A stretch of DNA of 64,000 nt from Alphaproteobacteria bacterium (GTDB lineage Bacteria; Pseudomonadota; Alphaproteobacteria; SP197), in contig OZ245842.1 in NCBI GenBank assembly GCA_965228895.1, forward strand, positions 3,604,814 through 3,668,813, in the 5' to 3' direction. Positions within the stretch are counted from its first letter, which is position 1; each line of letters begins with the position of its first letter. Shown one piece after another: positions 45,881 through 54,711 of the stretch. Made by a program: the position numbers and the translations under genes. The notes beneath the pieces were generated by a model. The model saw only the letters and a list, made by a program, of their open reading frames with translations. It searched no databases and had not been told where the DNA came from.

Positions 45881-46699
45881 CTAGGCATCGGCGTCATACA
45901 TCGTCACGAACTCCAGAAACTTTGAGGCTTCCAGCATGTCGGCGGCGACGAAACGCACCGTATAGGCGGCGGGACGTTCGACAATCGACAGATAATCGAG
46001 CAGTTCCGGCTGCATGCGGTTCTTGAAGTCGATTTCCATCGTGACTGGCGCGTCAACACCGCGCGGCTTGAAGTCGCCGAGCCGTTCCATGGCAACCGCC
46101 GCTTTGTGGCGCACCAGCTCGCGGGCATCTTCAGGCCGCAGTGTCCGTGCCGACAACGTGCCGTGCGCCCACTTCACTTCCGCAGTCTCGATGTCGCCGA
46201 ACACGTCACGGGCATGGGCACAGTAGACGTCGTCGCCGGTTGCCAGAACCACGGGCACGTGGAAGTGGGCGGCGATCGCCGCGCTCAGCACCGTCTCCGA
46301 CGCGACCTCGCCGTTCAGCCTGATCTCGCGGATGCCACCGGTCATGGTGTGTGCCAGAACGCCGCCCATCGCGGTCGATCCGGCGTGATAGCCGATCAGC
46401 ATGGCCGCCGCGAAAGACCCGGTCTCCAGCCCCTGCATCATGGCCAGTGGCCGGGGCCAGGAGCGGATCACCTGCGTGCCCTCGGGCAAACGCTCCAACA
46501 GCAAGTTTTCCCCGCTGCCGTGGGAGTCACTGACCACGATCTCCTCAACACCGGCGCCTTCGGCCGCCTCGCACGCCGCGACGACCTCGTCGGTCATCCA
46601 GGCGCGCGCGCGTTCGTATTCGAACCCCTTGGGTGATGTGTGGTTGCGCGTAACGACACCGGCGATGCCTTCGATGTCGGCGGAAATGTACAAACGCAT
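45881..46699 (-). CDS. Peptidase M55 (DppA-type D-aminopeptidase) family protein
   Basis: MRLYISADIEGIAGVV...YERARAWMTDEVVAACEAA...EIVVSDSHGSGENL parallels the B. subtilis DppA N-terminus. Confidence 0.9.
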   Translation of the reverse strand: MRLYISADIEGIAGVVTRNHTSPKGFEYERARAWMTDEVVAACEAAEGAGVEEIVVSDSHGSGENLLLERLPEGTQVIRSWPRPLAMMQGLETGSFAAAMLIGYHAGSTAMGGVLAHTMTGGIREIRLNGEVASETVLSAAIAAHFHVPVVLATGDDVYCAHARDVFGDIETAEVKWAHGTLSARTLRPEDARELVRHKAAVAMERLGDFKPRGVDAPVTMEIDFKNRMQPELLDYLSIVERPAAYTVRFVAADMLEASKFLEFVTMYDADA

Positions 46700-46711
46700 G
46701 ACGGCCCTCCC

Positions 46712-46850
46712 CTAGAGCAGATCCTGTTTTGATGGGATCGCTTCGCGATTCCGTCAAGGCAGGTGAGTCTGCTCTACTTATGGATAGAGAGCGGATTCAC
46801 ATGGTTAAGTGGAACCGCTTAACGGTTCCACTTAACCATGATCCGCTCTA
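46712..46850. mobile_element. MITE-like nested-palindrome repeat, family 1, copy 2
   Basis: Colinear with 36472-36612, with scattered substitutions that largely preserve the stems. The left end CTAG abuts the GGGGAGGG SD of the M55 peptidase gene. The right end is degenerate (CTCTAAC). Confidence 0.7.
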
Positions 46851-46911
46851 ACACCGATCATAGCGCGCGGGGCTAAAGCCGTATCGTTCAATTCACCTCA
46901 GTCGGCCCAAC

Positions 46912-48099
46912 CTATGCGGCAAGCGCCCGGGTCAGGTCGTCCTTGACGTCCTCGGCGTCTTCCAGGCCGACATGCAGGCGCACCAGACCGTCGCCGATAC
47001 CCAGGTGATCACGCTCTTCCTGGCTCAGCCGCTGATGGGTTGTGGTCGCCGGATGGGTGATCAGGCTTTTCGAATCACCCAGATTGTTCGAGATGTCGAT
47101 CAGCTTGAGCGCGTTCAGGAACCGGAACGCGCGATCCTTGCCGCCGTCCAACTCAAACGCCACAACGCTGCCACCGTCGGACATCTGCCGCTTCACCAGC
47201 GCGCGCTGCGGATGGCTGGCCAGCGTCGGATAAAGCGTCCGGATGATGCCGTTGCGGGTCTCCAGATGGCTCGCGACGTCGAACGCGTTCTGGCAATGAC
47301 GCGCCATCCTGAGGTCAAGCGTCTCCAACCCCTTCAGCAGCAGCCACGCGTTGAACGGACTGAGCGATGGACCGGTATGGCGCATGAACGGCACCAGATT
47401 GTCTTTTACGAATTCCTCGCTGGCCAGGATCGCACCGCCCAGGCACCGGCCCTGGCCGTCGATATGTTTGGTCGCCGAATAGACGACGACGTCGGCGCCC
47501 AGCTCCAACGGTTTTTGCAGCAGCGGTGAGGCAAAGACGTTGTCGACGACAACCGTCGCGCCGGCCTCGTGCGCCAGGGTGCAAACCGCCGGCAAATCGA
47601 TGATCTCCAGCGTCGGGTTGGATGGCGTCTCCAGAAACACCGCCTTGGCGCCCGGCTTCAGCGCATCGCGCCACTGATCGAGGTCGGTGCCGTCGACCAG
47701 TGTCGTCTCAACGCCATAGCGCGGCAGGATTTCGGAAACGATGAAATGGCACGAACCGAACAGGGCGCGCGACGCGACGACCCGGTCGCCTGCCTTAAGC
47801 TGGCACATCAGCGATGCGAACACCGCGGCCATGCCGCTTGACGTGGCGCGGCATGCTTCGGCGCCCTCCAATAGGCGCAACCGTTCCTCGAACATGCCAA
47901 CGGTCGGGTTGCCGTAGCGCGAATAGATGTAACGGGGATCCTTGCCCTTGAAGGCGGCCTCGGCCGCTTCGGCACTTTCATAAACGTAACCCGACGTCAT
48001 ATAGAGCGCTTCCGACGTTTCGGCGAATGCGCTTCTTGCCAGACCGCCACGCACAAGCTCGGTCTGGGGACGATAGGTCGGGGTATCCTTGTCGGTCAT
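46912..48099 (-). CDS. metZ: O-succinylhomoserine sulfhydrylase (Cys/Met-metabolism PLP enzyme)
   Basis: TELVRGGLARSAFAETSEALYMTSGYVYESAEAAEAAFKG, YSRYGNPTV and SATKHIDGQGR (PLP lysine). ATG at 48099 with a GGAGG SD. Confidence 0.9.
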   Translation of the reverse strand: MTDKDTPTYRPQTELVRGGLARSAFAETSEALYMTSGYVYESAEAAEAAFKGKDPRYIYSRYGNPTVGMFEERLRLLEGAEACRATSSGMAAVFASLMCQLKAGDRVVASRALFGSCHFIVSEILPRYGVETTLVDGTDLDQWRDALKPGAKAVFLETPSNPTLEIIDLPAVCTLAHEAGATVVVDNVFASPLLQKPLELGADVVVYSATKHIDGQGRCLGGAILASEEFVKDNLVPFMRHTGPSLSPFNAWLLLKGLETLDLRMARHCQNAFDVASHLETRNGIIRTLYPTLASHPQRALVKRQMSDGGSVVAFELDGGKDRAFRFLNALKLIDISNNLGDSKSLITHPATTTHQRLSQEERDHLGIGDGLVRLHVGLEDAEDVKDDLTRALAA

Positions 48100-48240
48100 A
48101 ACGCGGCCTCCATATGAAAAAACCCCGACCGGCATATGGGGTCAGGGCTTTCGTTTCGGAAACCGCGACCTCTTTAGCGTTTTGTTTAACGTGGCCGCAA
48201 GCCGGTCGGCACAAATCACCACGTGATCTGCTAGGTAATC
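48100..48240 (-). promoter_or_regulatory. Structured metZ leader: SAM-II/metA-motif-like segment plus attenuator hairpin and U-run
   Basis: The RNA reads ACGUGGUGAUUUGUGCCGACCGGCUUGCGGCCACGUUAAACAAAACGCUAAAGAGG (forward 48172-48225). Then comes ACCCC-AUAUGCCGGUC-GGGGU plus UUUUUU (48117-48142). CCAUAUG/CAUAUGG (48133-48139 and 48110-48116) can pair next to the SD. Confidence 0.35.
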
Positions 48241-48274
48241 CCGCAAGCCCCGCGTGTCAAGGGGCGGTGTTTTG

Positions 48275-48404
48275 CCTAGAGCATGGCCTGCTCACAGAGG
48301 GTCGGTCCGGCCCGCTCCGCTCCCTGCCACCCATGGCAGCATCCTTGGGGTGGCCGGGAGGGGAGCGAGCCGGGGATGCCAACTATACCGCGAAAGCCCT
48401 AGAG
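48275..48404. repeat. REP/MITE-like palindromic repeat, family 2, copy b (inverted relative to copy a)
   Basis: CCTAGAG...CCGGCCCGCTCCGCTCCCTGCCACCC-ATGGCAGCATCCTT-GGGGTGGCCGGGAGGGGAGCGAGCCGG...GATGCCAACTATACC...CCCTAGAG. The reverse complement of copy a aligns across the core and flank. The MarC-gene TAG stop lies in the right CTAG. Confidence 0.7.
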
Positions 48405-49022
48405 ACCCGGATGCGTGGTGATGCCCTCGATAATCATCTCGACGGCGATGGCCAGAACGATCATGCCGGCGAGCCGATTGATGACCATCAGGCCGGCGGT
48501 CCCCAACACGCGCCCAATTGGCGCGGCGGCGCAGTAGGCGATGGCGACGATGACGCCGAGGGCCACGATGATTAGCGAAATGACGCCTTGATGTTCGATC
48601 CCGGTGCTTTCGTGCGACTCGACAATGACCTTGGCGATCGCACCGGCGCCACCCAGCATGGGTATGCCGATCGGCACGATGCCGACATGGGTCCCGGACT
48701 GTCCCGCGACTTCATCCTCGACATTGACATCCGGCATGGGTGTCATCGCCAGCATCTGCAGACCGACAATAGCGATCACGATACCGCCGGCAATCTGGAA
48801 CGATGGCAGCGACGATCCCAATGCCTGGACGACGGTTTCGCCAGAATATTGGAACACCAGCAGGGTCAACGTTACCGTTATGGCCGCCGCAATCGCAGCC
48901 TTGATCCTGCCATTGCTTGTGAGATGCGACGTCAGCGCCAAAAACAACGGAATGCTTGTAAATGGATCGACCAGGGCAAGCAGTCCAACCGAAAATCGTG
49001 TGTACTCAGACCAGCTTTCCAA
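48399..49022 (-). CDS. MarC-family (UPF0056) integral membrane protein
   Basis: FSVGLLALVDPFTSIPLFLALT...AGGIVIAIVGLQML...VPIGIPMLGGAGAI. Confidence 0.85.
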   Translation of the reverse strand: MESWSEYTRFSVGLLALVDPFTSIPLFLALTSHLTSNGRIKAAIAAAITVTLTLLVFQYSGETVVQALGSSLPSFQIAGGIVIAIVGLQMLAMTPMPDVNVEDEVAGQSGTHVGIVPIGIPMLGGAGAIAKVIVESHESTGIEHQGVISLIIVALGVIVAIAYCAAAPIGRVLGTAGLMVINRLAGMIVLAIAVEMIIEGITTHPGL

Positions 49023-49242
49023 GATTCGATCCCTGACGATTCAACGTGAGAGGCCCCAAGGCGTACTGCCCCCTTGATGGTGTTTGCGCAGCGCGTCTCC
49101 TCAAGCAATAGACCAGTGACGGGGCCCTGCCAACACTCCTGCTGACGCAGGGGAAAGCACTCGGCTTGGGCGCCAAGGGTTGTCATTGCCGCGAATGCCT
49201 GTTTTTAGTGTGCCCAACGTGTTGATGGGGGAAATCAGTCCG

Positions 49243-49869
49243 ATGTCGTGGGAATTGTGGATCGCGTTTGTCGTGGCCAGTTCGGCGCTCTTGGCCATAC
49301 CCGGCCCGACCGTCCTGATCGTGGTGAGTTACGCGCTGGGCAAGGGGCGGCGAACCGCGTGGGCGACCGTGCCGGGTCTGACACTCGGCGACTTCACCGC
49401 CATGACCATATCGCTGATGGGCGCCGGTGCGATTCTGGCCGCCTCGGCCGAACTCTTCACCGTTCTGAAACTTGCCGGCGCCGGGTATCTCATCTGGCTG
49501 GGGATCAAGTTGTGGCGCGCCCGGCCCGATCCCGACGCCACGATGGGTGCGGCAATCGGTGCCGAAGACCGGCGGATGTTCTGGAACAGTTTCGTCGTGA
49601 CGGCGCTCAACCCAAAAAGCATCGTCTTCTTTATCGCTTTCGTGCCCCAGTTCATCGACCCCACCGCGCCCGTCTTCTGGCAATTTGTCATCCTGGAAGC
49701 GACGTTCCTGTTCCTGGCCGCGGTCAACGGCGTCATCTGGGCCGTGCTGGCCGGCAACATGCGGGCCCGCTTCCAGCGGCCCGCGGTACTGCGCATGGCC
49801 AACCGCATCGGCGGCTCTTTCTTGATCGGCGCGGGTCTCTTGACCGCCTTCGCGCGACGCACCGGCTAA
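49243..49869 (+). CDS. LysE/RhtB-family amino-acid exporter
   Basis: LLAIPGPTVLIVVSYALGKGRR, KLAGAGYLIWLGIKLWR and NPKSIVFFIAFVPQF. Confidence 0.85.
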   Translation: MSWELWIAFVVASSALLAIPGPTVLIVVSYALGKGRRTAWATVPGLTLGDFTAMTISLMGAGAILAASAELFTVLKLAGAGYLIWLGIKLWRARPDPDATMGAAIGAEDRRMFWNSFVVTALNPKSIVFFIAFVPQFIDPTAPVFWQFVILEATFLFLAAVNGVIWAVLAGNMRARFQRPAVLRMANRIGGSFLIGAGLLTAFARRTG

Positions 49870-49875
49870 GCCCGC

Positions 49876-51177
49876 GTGGGTGATGACCGTCGGCTCAAGG
49901 CGGCGCGGCGCGCCATCGCCCTGGTACGCGACCGGGTCGATGCGCACTTCTCGATCCGCCTGTGGGACGGATCGCTGGAACCTTTGGGAAGCAACGTCGT
50001 TCCGGGCCTTGCCATCCAAATCAACACGCCGGGCGTGTTGCCGTCGATCCTGCGCCGCCCCAGTCTCGATCGGCTGATCCGTCACTACGCCCACGGCCGC
50101 CTGGATATCGAAGGCGGCACGCTGGTCGATATCGCCGGTCCGTTTGCCGTGGACAAGGCCGCGCGGCGTCGGTTCAAGACGGTCAACAAACGCGCCCTCC
50201 TCACCGCTCTGTGGCCACTCCTGATCGCCAAGGCCGATCATCCCGACGCCAGCCGTCAGTTCGATGATGACTCCGAAGGCGCCGACCGCGGGCAAGACGA
50301 CAACCGGCGCTTCATTCAGTTCCACTATGACGTCGGCAACGACTTCTATCGGCTCTTCCTGGACCCGCGGATGCAATACTCCTGCGCCTGGTATCCGACC
50401 TGGGACACCAGCCTGGAAGATGCCCAGGAAGCCAAGCTCGACATGACCTGCCGCAAGCTTCGCCTGAAACCGGGCGAACGCCTGCTCGACATCGGCTGCG
50501 GCTGGGGCGGTCTTTTGATCCACGCAGCCCAGAACTATGGCATCACCGGTCACGGCGTCACCTTGTCGGAAGAGCAACTGGCCTTGGCGCGGGCGCGAAT
50601 CGATGAACTTGGACTTGGCGATCGCATCACGCTGGAGCTCAAGGACTATCAAAACCTTGACGGCCAATTCGACAAGATTGCGTCAATCGGCATGTACGAG
50701 CACATCGGCCTGGACAATATCCCAGCCTACTTCGCCAAAGTTCAGACGTTGCTCGCCGAAAGCGGCCTGTTCCTCAACCACGCCATTTCGCGCGGTGCGA
50801 AAAAACGCAAGAAACGCTTTTCCAAACGCCCGGAACAAAAAGCGCTGCAGAAGTACATATTCCCAGGCGGCGAGCTCGACGATATCGGTCACACAATCGC
50901 GGCGATGGAGCAGCACGGTTTCGAGGTGCACGATGTCGAGGGCTGGCGGGAGCACTATCAAAAGACGACGCGGATCTGGTGCGAACGGTTGACCGCGCGC
51001 CGTGACGAGGCGGTGGCTTTGGTCGGACCGGAAACCTATCGTATATGGGTTGCCTATCTGGGTGGCTGTTCGCTGGCGTTCCAGCGCGGGTCGGCACGTA
51101 TCTATCAGACGCTTGCCGGCAAGTCGGCGAAGGGTTCGGCCGCCGTACCGCCGAGCCGCGCCGACCTCTATCGCTGA
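49876..51177 (+). CDS. Cyclopropane-fatty-acyl-phospholipid-synthase-family SAM methyltransferase
   Basis: FHYDVGNDFYRLFLDPRMQYSCAWY, LLDIGCGWGGLLIHAA and SIGMYEHIG. GTG start. Confidence 0.85.
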   Translation: MGDDRRLKAARRAIALVRDRVDAHFSIRLWDGSLEPLGSNVVPGLAIQINTPGVLPSILRRPSLDRLIRHYAHGRLDIEGGTLVDIAGPFAVDKAARRRFKTVNKRALLTALWPLLIAKADHPDASRQFDDDSEGADRGQDDNRRFIQFHYDVGNDFYRLFLDPRMQYSCAWYPTWDTSLEDAQEAKLDMTCRKLRLKPGERLLDIGCGWGGLLIHAAQNYGITGHGVTLSEEQLALARARIDELGLGDRITLELKDYQNLDGQFDKIASIGMYEHIGLDNIPAYFAKVQTLLAESGLFLNHAISRGAKKRKKRFSKRPEQKALQKYIFPGGELDDIGHTIAAMEQHGFEVHDVEGWREHYQKTTRIWCERLTARRDEAVALVGPETYRIWVAYLGGCSLAFQRGSARIYQTLAGKSAKGSAAVPPSRADLYR

Positions 51178-51200
51178 AACGAGGTGGGGATGCCGGCGTG

Positions 51201-52739
51201 ATGACGATCATTACGGACGACAACCGCCGCTGGTGGATTGCCGGTTCCATGGCACTGCCGGTCATCGTTCTGACCATCGACTTCTTCGGTGTCTCTGTCG
51301 CCCTACCCACCATCGGCCGCGATCTCAACACCGGTACGGTCACCCTGGCCTGGGTGATCAACGCGTTCATGCTGGGTCTAGCCAGCATGCTGATTGTCGG
51401 CGGCCGACTGGGCGATTTGATTGGCCGACGCAAAATGCTGATTTTTGGCGTCACGATCTTTGTCGCGTCGTCGATACTGTGTGGCTTCGCCCCGTCCGGA
51501 CCCTGGCTGATCGCGGCACGCGCCATTCAAGGCGCCGCGGCCGGTTTCACCTACACCAACTCGCTCTCTATCGTTTCGAACGCGTTCCCCAGCGAACAGC
51601 GCCATGTCGGCATCAGTTTGTGGATCGGAATTGGGGCGGCTGGTTCGGCAATCGGGCCGTTCGTCGGTGGCCTGTTGACCTATGAGTTGTCATGGCGCTG
51701 GTTCTTCTTCTTGAACGTCCCGTTCGGAATCGCCGCGGTCATCATGACATTCCTGCTTGTAAAGGAATCACGCGACGAGGAGGCGCCGCCCAAGATCGAT
51801 TGGCTTGGTTGCCTGTTGGCGGTCGCCGGTCTGGTTTTCCTGGTCATGGGCCTACAGCTCGCCGGCAATCTCGGCTGGTCGTCGTTGACTGTTTGGGCGT
51901 CCCTTGTTTTCGGCCTGGCCGTCTCGGCCGTCTTCATCGTGTTCGAGACGAAGGTCAAATTTCCGCTGATCGACTTCCAACTCTTCCGGAACCGTGAGTT
52001 CGGCAGCAGCGCGTGTATCGGGTTCACGATCAATTTTACGCTCGGCACGCTCATGCTGTTCCTGACGCTTTACCTGCAGCATGTTCTGAACCTCACACCG
52101 CTTTCCGCCGGCTTTGTGTTCCTCGGCTACTCCGTTCTGTTGGCCGCGACATCGTCGTCCAACGCCTTCTTTCTGAACAGGTGGGGTGCGCGCCGGACCA
52201 TGGCCACCGGCATGCTGTTGAACAGCGTCAGCTTCCTGGTCCTTGCGTTCGCCGAACCCACAACCGGCCTTGCCATCATCGCTGGCGCCCTCATCGTGGG
52301 CGGTGCCGGCCAAGCGTTTGCCTATACGACCTCAACGTCGTTGGCCATGGCGTCGGTTTCCGAACAGAAATCCGGTGCGGCATCCGGCGCCATAGGAACG
52401 ATTAGGATATCCGCAACGGCGATGGGCGTTGCTGTTTCAACCGCGATTTTCAAGATGATTGAGACCAGCGAACTGGTGTCGTTGATCGGCAAGGCCGGCG
52501 GTCACCTGACGCGCGCGGAGGTTCGCGACATCCACGTGCTGGTGGCCGGTTCCGACAAGGCCGCCGACAGGCTAGCCCAAGAAGTACCAGCAGCAGCCGG
52601 CAAGATGCCCATGATTGTTGATCAGGCGATGGTTGCCGGATTCAGCGGCGTCATGCTGGTTTGCGTTGCCGTCTCGGTCATCGGCTTGGCCGCTGCCTTT
52701 CTGGCGCGCCAGATTCAAACCGATAGCGACGACGGTTAG
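51201..52739 (+). CDS. MFS transporter, DHA2 (EmrB/QacA, 14-TM) type
   Basis: LPTIGRDL, GRLGDLIGRRKML (motif A), ARAIQGAAAGF and about 14 hydrophobic segments. Confidence 0.9.
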   Translation: MTIITDDNRRWWIAGSMALPVIVLTIDFFGVSVALPTIGRDLNTGTVTLAWVINAFMLGLASMLIVGGRLGDLIGRRKMLIFGVTIFVASSILCGFAPSGPWLIAARAIQGAAAGFTYTNSLSIVSNAFPSEQRHVGISLWIGIGAAGSAIGPFVGGLLTYELSWRWFFFLNVPFGIAAVIMTFLLVKESRDEEAPPKIDWLGCLLAVAGLVFLVMGLQLAGNLGWSSLTVWASLVFGLAVSAVFIVFETKVKFPLIDFQLFRNREFGSSACIGFTINFTLGTLMLFLTLYLQHVLNLTPLSAGFVFLGYSVLLAATSSSNAFFLNRWGARRTMATGMLLNSVSFLVLAFAEPTTGLAIIAGALIVGGAGQAFAYTTSTSLAMASVSEQKSGAASGAIGTIRISATAMGVAVSTAIFKMIETSELVSLIGKAGGHLTRAEVRDIHVLVAGSDKAADRLAQEVPAAAGKMPMIVDQAMVAGFSGVMLVCVAVSVIGLAAAFLARQIQTDSDDG

Positions 52740-52751
52740 CCCGGCGCTAGC

Positions 52752-52979
52752 TCAAGGCGGGTCAACGGGAAAATTTCGATTGAGACGTTCGACACGGAAC
52801 GGATTGAATTGGTAGCAGTCGTCCGGCGAACGGCCGCGCCCGCATGTTGGTTTGGCCGGCTGGCGCTTGATACCGACGCAGGTCGCCAGCGGCGCGCTCA
52901 TCAGGAACACCAGAAAACCACGCCGGCCAAAACTGTTGCCCGTGCGGTTTGCCGATGTCTTGGCGACCTTGTTCTGCAT
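52752..52979 (-). CDS. Possible small lipoprotein (75 aa); weak call
   Basis: RRGFLVFLMSAPLATC looks like a signal peptide plus lipobox. There is no clear SD, and the ATG is only about 25 nt after the hsp20 terminator. Confidence 0.25.
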   Translation of the reverse strand: MQNKVAKTSANRTGNSFGRRGFLVFLMSAPLATCVGIKRQPAKPTCGRGRSPDDCYQFNPFRVERLNRNFPVDPP

Positions 52980-53006
52980 GGTGCGGACCTTATCAAGGCG
53001 CCCCGG

Positions 53007-53043
53007 AAAACAAAAGAGCGCCGGGCCAAAAGCCCGACGCTCT
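53007..53043 (-). terminator. Rho-independent terminator of the hsp20 gene
   Basis: Stem AGAGCG-CGGGC / GCCCG-CGCTCT (53015-53043), followed on the minus strand by TTTGTTTT. Confidence 0.6.
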
Positions 53044-53065
53044 CCTTAAGACCATTCAACGGGTG

Positions 53066-53542
53066 TTAAGCGGCCTTTTGGTCGCTCTCGTCGATCAGCT
53101 TGCCGGCGACATTCTCACCGGACTGGATCGCGATCTTGCGCGGCTTTTTCTCTTCAGGAATTTCGCGCTTCAGATCGATGTGGAGCAGGCCGTTGACCAA
53201 CCGCGCACCGACGACCTTGACGTGGTCGGCGAGCTGGAAGGTGCGCTTGAAGCTGCGCCCGGCAATACCGCGATAGAGGAAGTTACGGTCGTCTCCGGTC
53301 TTGTCTTCGGAGATGCGGCCGCTGACGTGAAGGGTGTCCTCACGCGCCTCGATCTCGACATCGTCTTCGCTGAATCCGGCGACAGCCATCGTGATCTGAT
53401 AGGTGTCGGCGTCCAGCTTCTCGATGTTGTAGGGCGGATAACCGGTCTGATCGGCGACACCGGTCGTCGAGTCAAGCAGGTTCATCATGCGGTCGAAGCC
53501 GACGGTCGAACGGAAAAGGGGAGAGAAATCATAACGGTTCAT
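53066..53542 (-). CDS. Hsp20/alpha-crystallin small heat-shock protein (IbpA/HspA-like)
   Basis: MNRYDFSPLFRSTVGFDRMMNLLDS, YPPYNIEK, ITMAVAGF, RGIA.R.F.R.F.LAD.V.V..A...NGLL.I.L. ATG at 53542 with a GGAGGA SD. Confidence 0.9.
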   Translation of the reverse strand: MNRYDFSPLFRSTVGFDRMMNLLDSTTGVADQTGYPPYNIEKLDADTYQITMAVAGFSEDDVEIEAREDTLHVSGRISEDKTGDDRNFLYRGIAGRSFKRTFQLADHVKVVGARLVNGLLHIDLKREIPEEKKPRKIAIQSGENVAGKLIDESDQKAA

Positions 53543-53655
53543 TGCCACATATCCTCCTATGAGCAACATGTAGATCCAAGTGGCCCACCCGTCTGGGCTG
53601 AGCCGGTGATGTGTCCTCAGATGGCGTTCCCGCGAAGCGGCGAATGCCGGACACG
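53543..53655 (-). promoter_or_regulatory. ROSE-type RNA thermometer in the hsp20 5' UTR
   Basis: The final hairpin ACAUGUUGCUC-AUAG-GAGGAUAUGU pairs the SD with UUGCUC and leaves one G of the 5' arm bulged opposite the SD, which is the ROSE hallmark. Upstream there are further hairpins, including CCGC-UUCG-CGGG. Confidence 0.55.
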
Positions 53656-53661
53656 ACCTTG

Positions 53662-53689
53662 ATATGGGGCGCTAGCGAGCGGTTTCAAG
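53662..53689 (-). promoter_or_regulatory. Sigma-32 (RpoH)-type heat-shock promoter
   Basis: The minus strand reads CTTGAAA-N13-CCCCATAT (14 nt between CTTGAA and CCCCAT). This matches the CTTGAA / CCCCATnT consensus. Confidence 0.6.
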
Positions 53690-53753
53690 ACCCCCTTCCG
53701 GAGGCCTAACCCTATGATTAAGAAGGAAAGTCAGGCGGAAATGTGGCGGCTTG

Positions 53754-54179
53754 CTATTCCTGGCGCCAAGGCAGGCCGGCCAGTTTCCAGCCGCCGACAC
53801 GGCCGCGATGGCCTTCGGCGTCCTTGTCGCCCTCGAAGCCTTCGGCGACGTTGTAGCAGGGACCGAAACCGGCCGCCGTCATCGCCATCGCCGCGTTGCG
53901 CGAGCGAGCGCCTGAGCGGCAAATGAACAGCAAGGTTTGGTCGGTCGTCAGACCTTGGGCCTTCAGATCCTCGACAAACGCCGTGTTCGGCGCGCCGTCC
54001 GGGTAACGCTGCAACTCGACCAACAGCACGTGCTTACCGATCGGCGTCAGGTCGGGGATGCCGACAAAACGCCATTCTGCGTCCGTCCTGACATCGATCA
54101 GGACAGCTGAATCGTTTTCTTCCAACATCGTCCAGGCATCAGGCGGCACCAGATCGCCGGCATAAGGTGGCGTGTTCAT
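53754..54179 (-). CDS. Rhodanese-domain sulfurtransferase
   Basis: VLIDVRTDAEW...LLFICRSGARS (active-site CRSGxR loop). ATG at 54179. Confidence 0.85.
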   Translation of the reverse strand: MNTPPYAGDLVPPDAWTMLEENDSAVLIDVRTDAEWRFVGIPDLTPIGKHVLLVELQRYPDGAPNTAFVEDLKAQGLTTDQTLLFICRSGARSRNAAMAMTAAGFGPCYNVAEGFEGDKDAEGHRGRVGGWKLAGLPWRQE

Positions 54180-54367
54180 GGCTCGTCCCTTCCTTCCGTT
54201 AAAAAGTCCAGGCTCGGCGGCCTCACCGGCATGCCTCAAAAGCAAGACAAACGCAACCATACCCCGCTAGCGCGTCGCCGTGTCGAGCGCACATTGTTCG
54301 GCCTATGCCAAACCATCTTTGGCATCGCGCACGCTAGGATCACGCCTCCGACCACAGGAGAACAACC

Positions 54368-54697
54368 ATGACGCCCGAGTGTTATGCTGCCCGCGACCTT
54401 AATGACGGCTTTGTTGTCGCCATCAATCTCGAAGCGAAGGACGGCGAAGGCGACGCCGTCGCCGCAATTCTGGAAGACCTGGTCGCGCCGACCATGGCCG
54501 AACCGGGCACCAAGCTTTTTCTGCCCTACCGCTCGCCCGATGACTCCGCTCACTTCTTTGTTTTCGAGCTCTACAAGAACGAAGCCGGCTGGGGTGCCCA
54601 CCAGAAGACCGAACACTTCAAAGCGGCGATCGAACAACTGCTGCCAAAGCTGTCCAGGCGGGACCGCGTGCCTTACGTGCCCTATGTGTCGTTCTAA
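54368..54697 (+). CDS. Antibiotic-biosynthesis-monooxygenase (ABM/YgiN-like) family protein
   Basis: 109 aa with the ferredoxin-like ABM pattern: FVFELYKNEAGWGAHQKTEHFK. Confidence 0.8.
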   Translation: MTPECYAARDLNDGFVVAINLEAKDGEGDAVAAILEDLVAPTMAEPGTKLFLPYRSPDDSAHFFVFELYKNEAGWGAHQKTEHFKAAIEQLLPKLSRRDRVPYVPYVSF

Positions 54698-54711
54698 GGT
54701 ACGCCGAAGCG

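Noticed and set aside
49183-50667. Very long ORFs antisense to well-supported genes. Examples: 49183-50667, 43651-45348, 15287-16414, 41608-42726, 23950-25041, 26641-27978, 33228-34331 and 40182-41204.
   Set aside because: Their translations are Arg/Gly/Pro/Ala/His-rich low-complexity strings with no family motifs. Each lies opposite a gene with clear homology-type signatures. These are typical shadow ORFs of GC-rich DNA.
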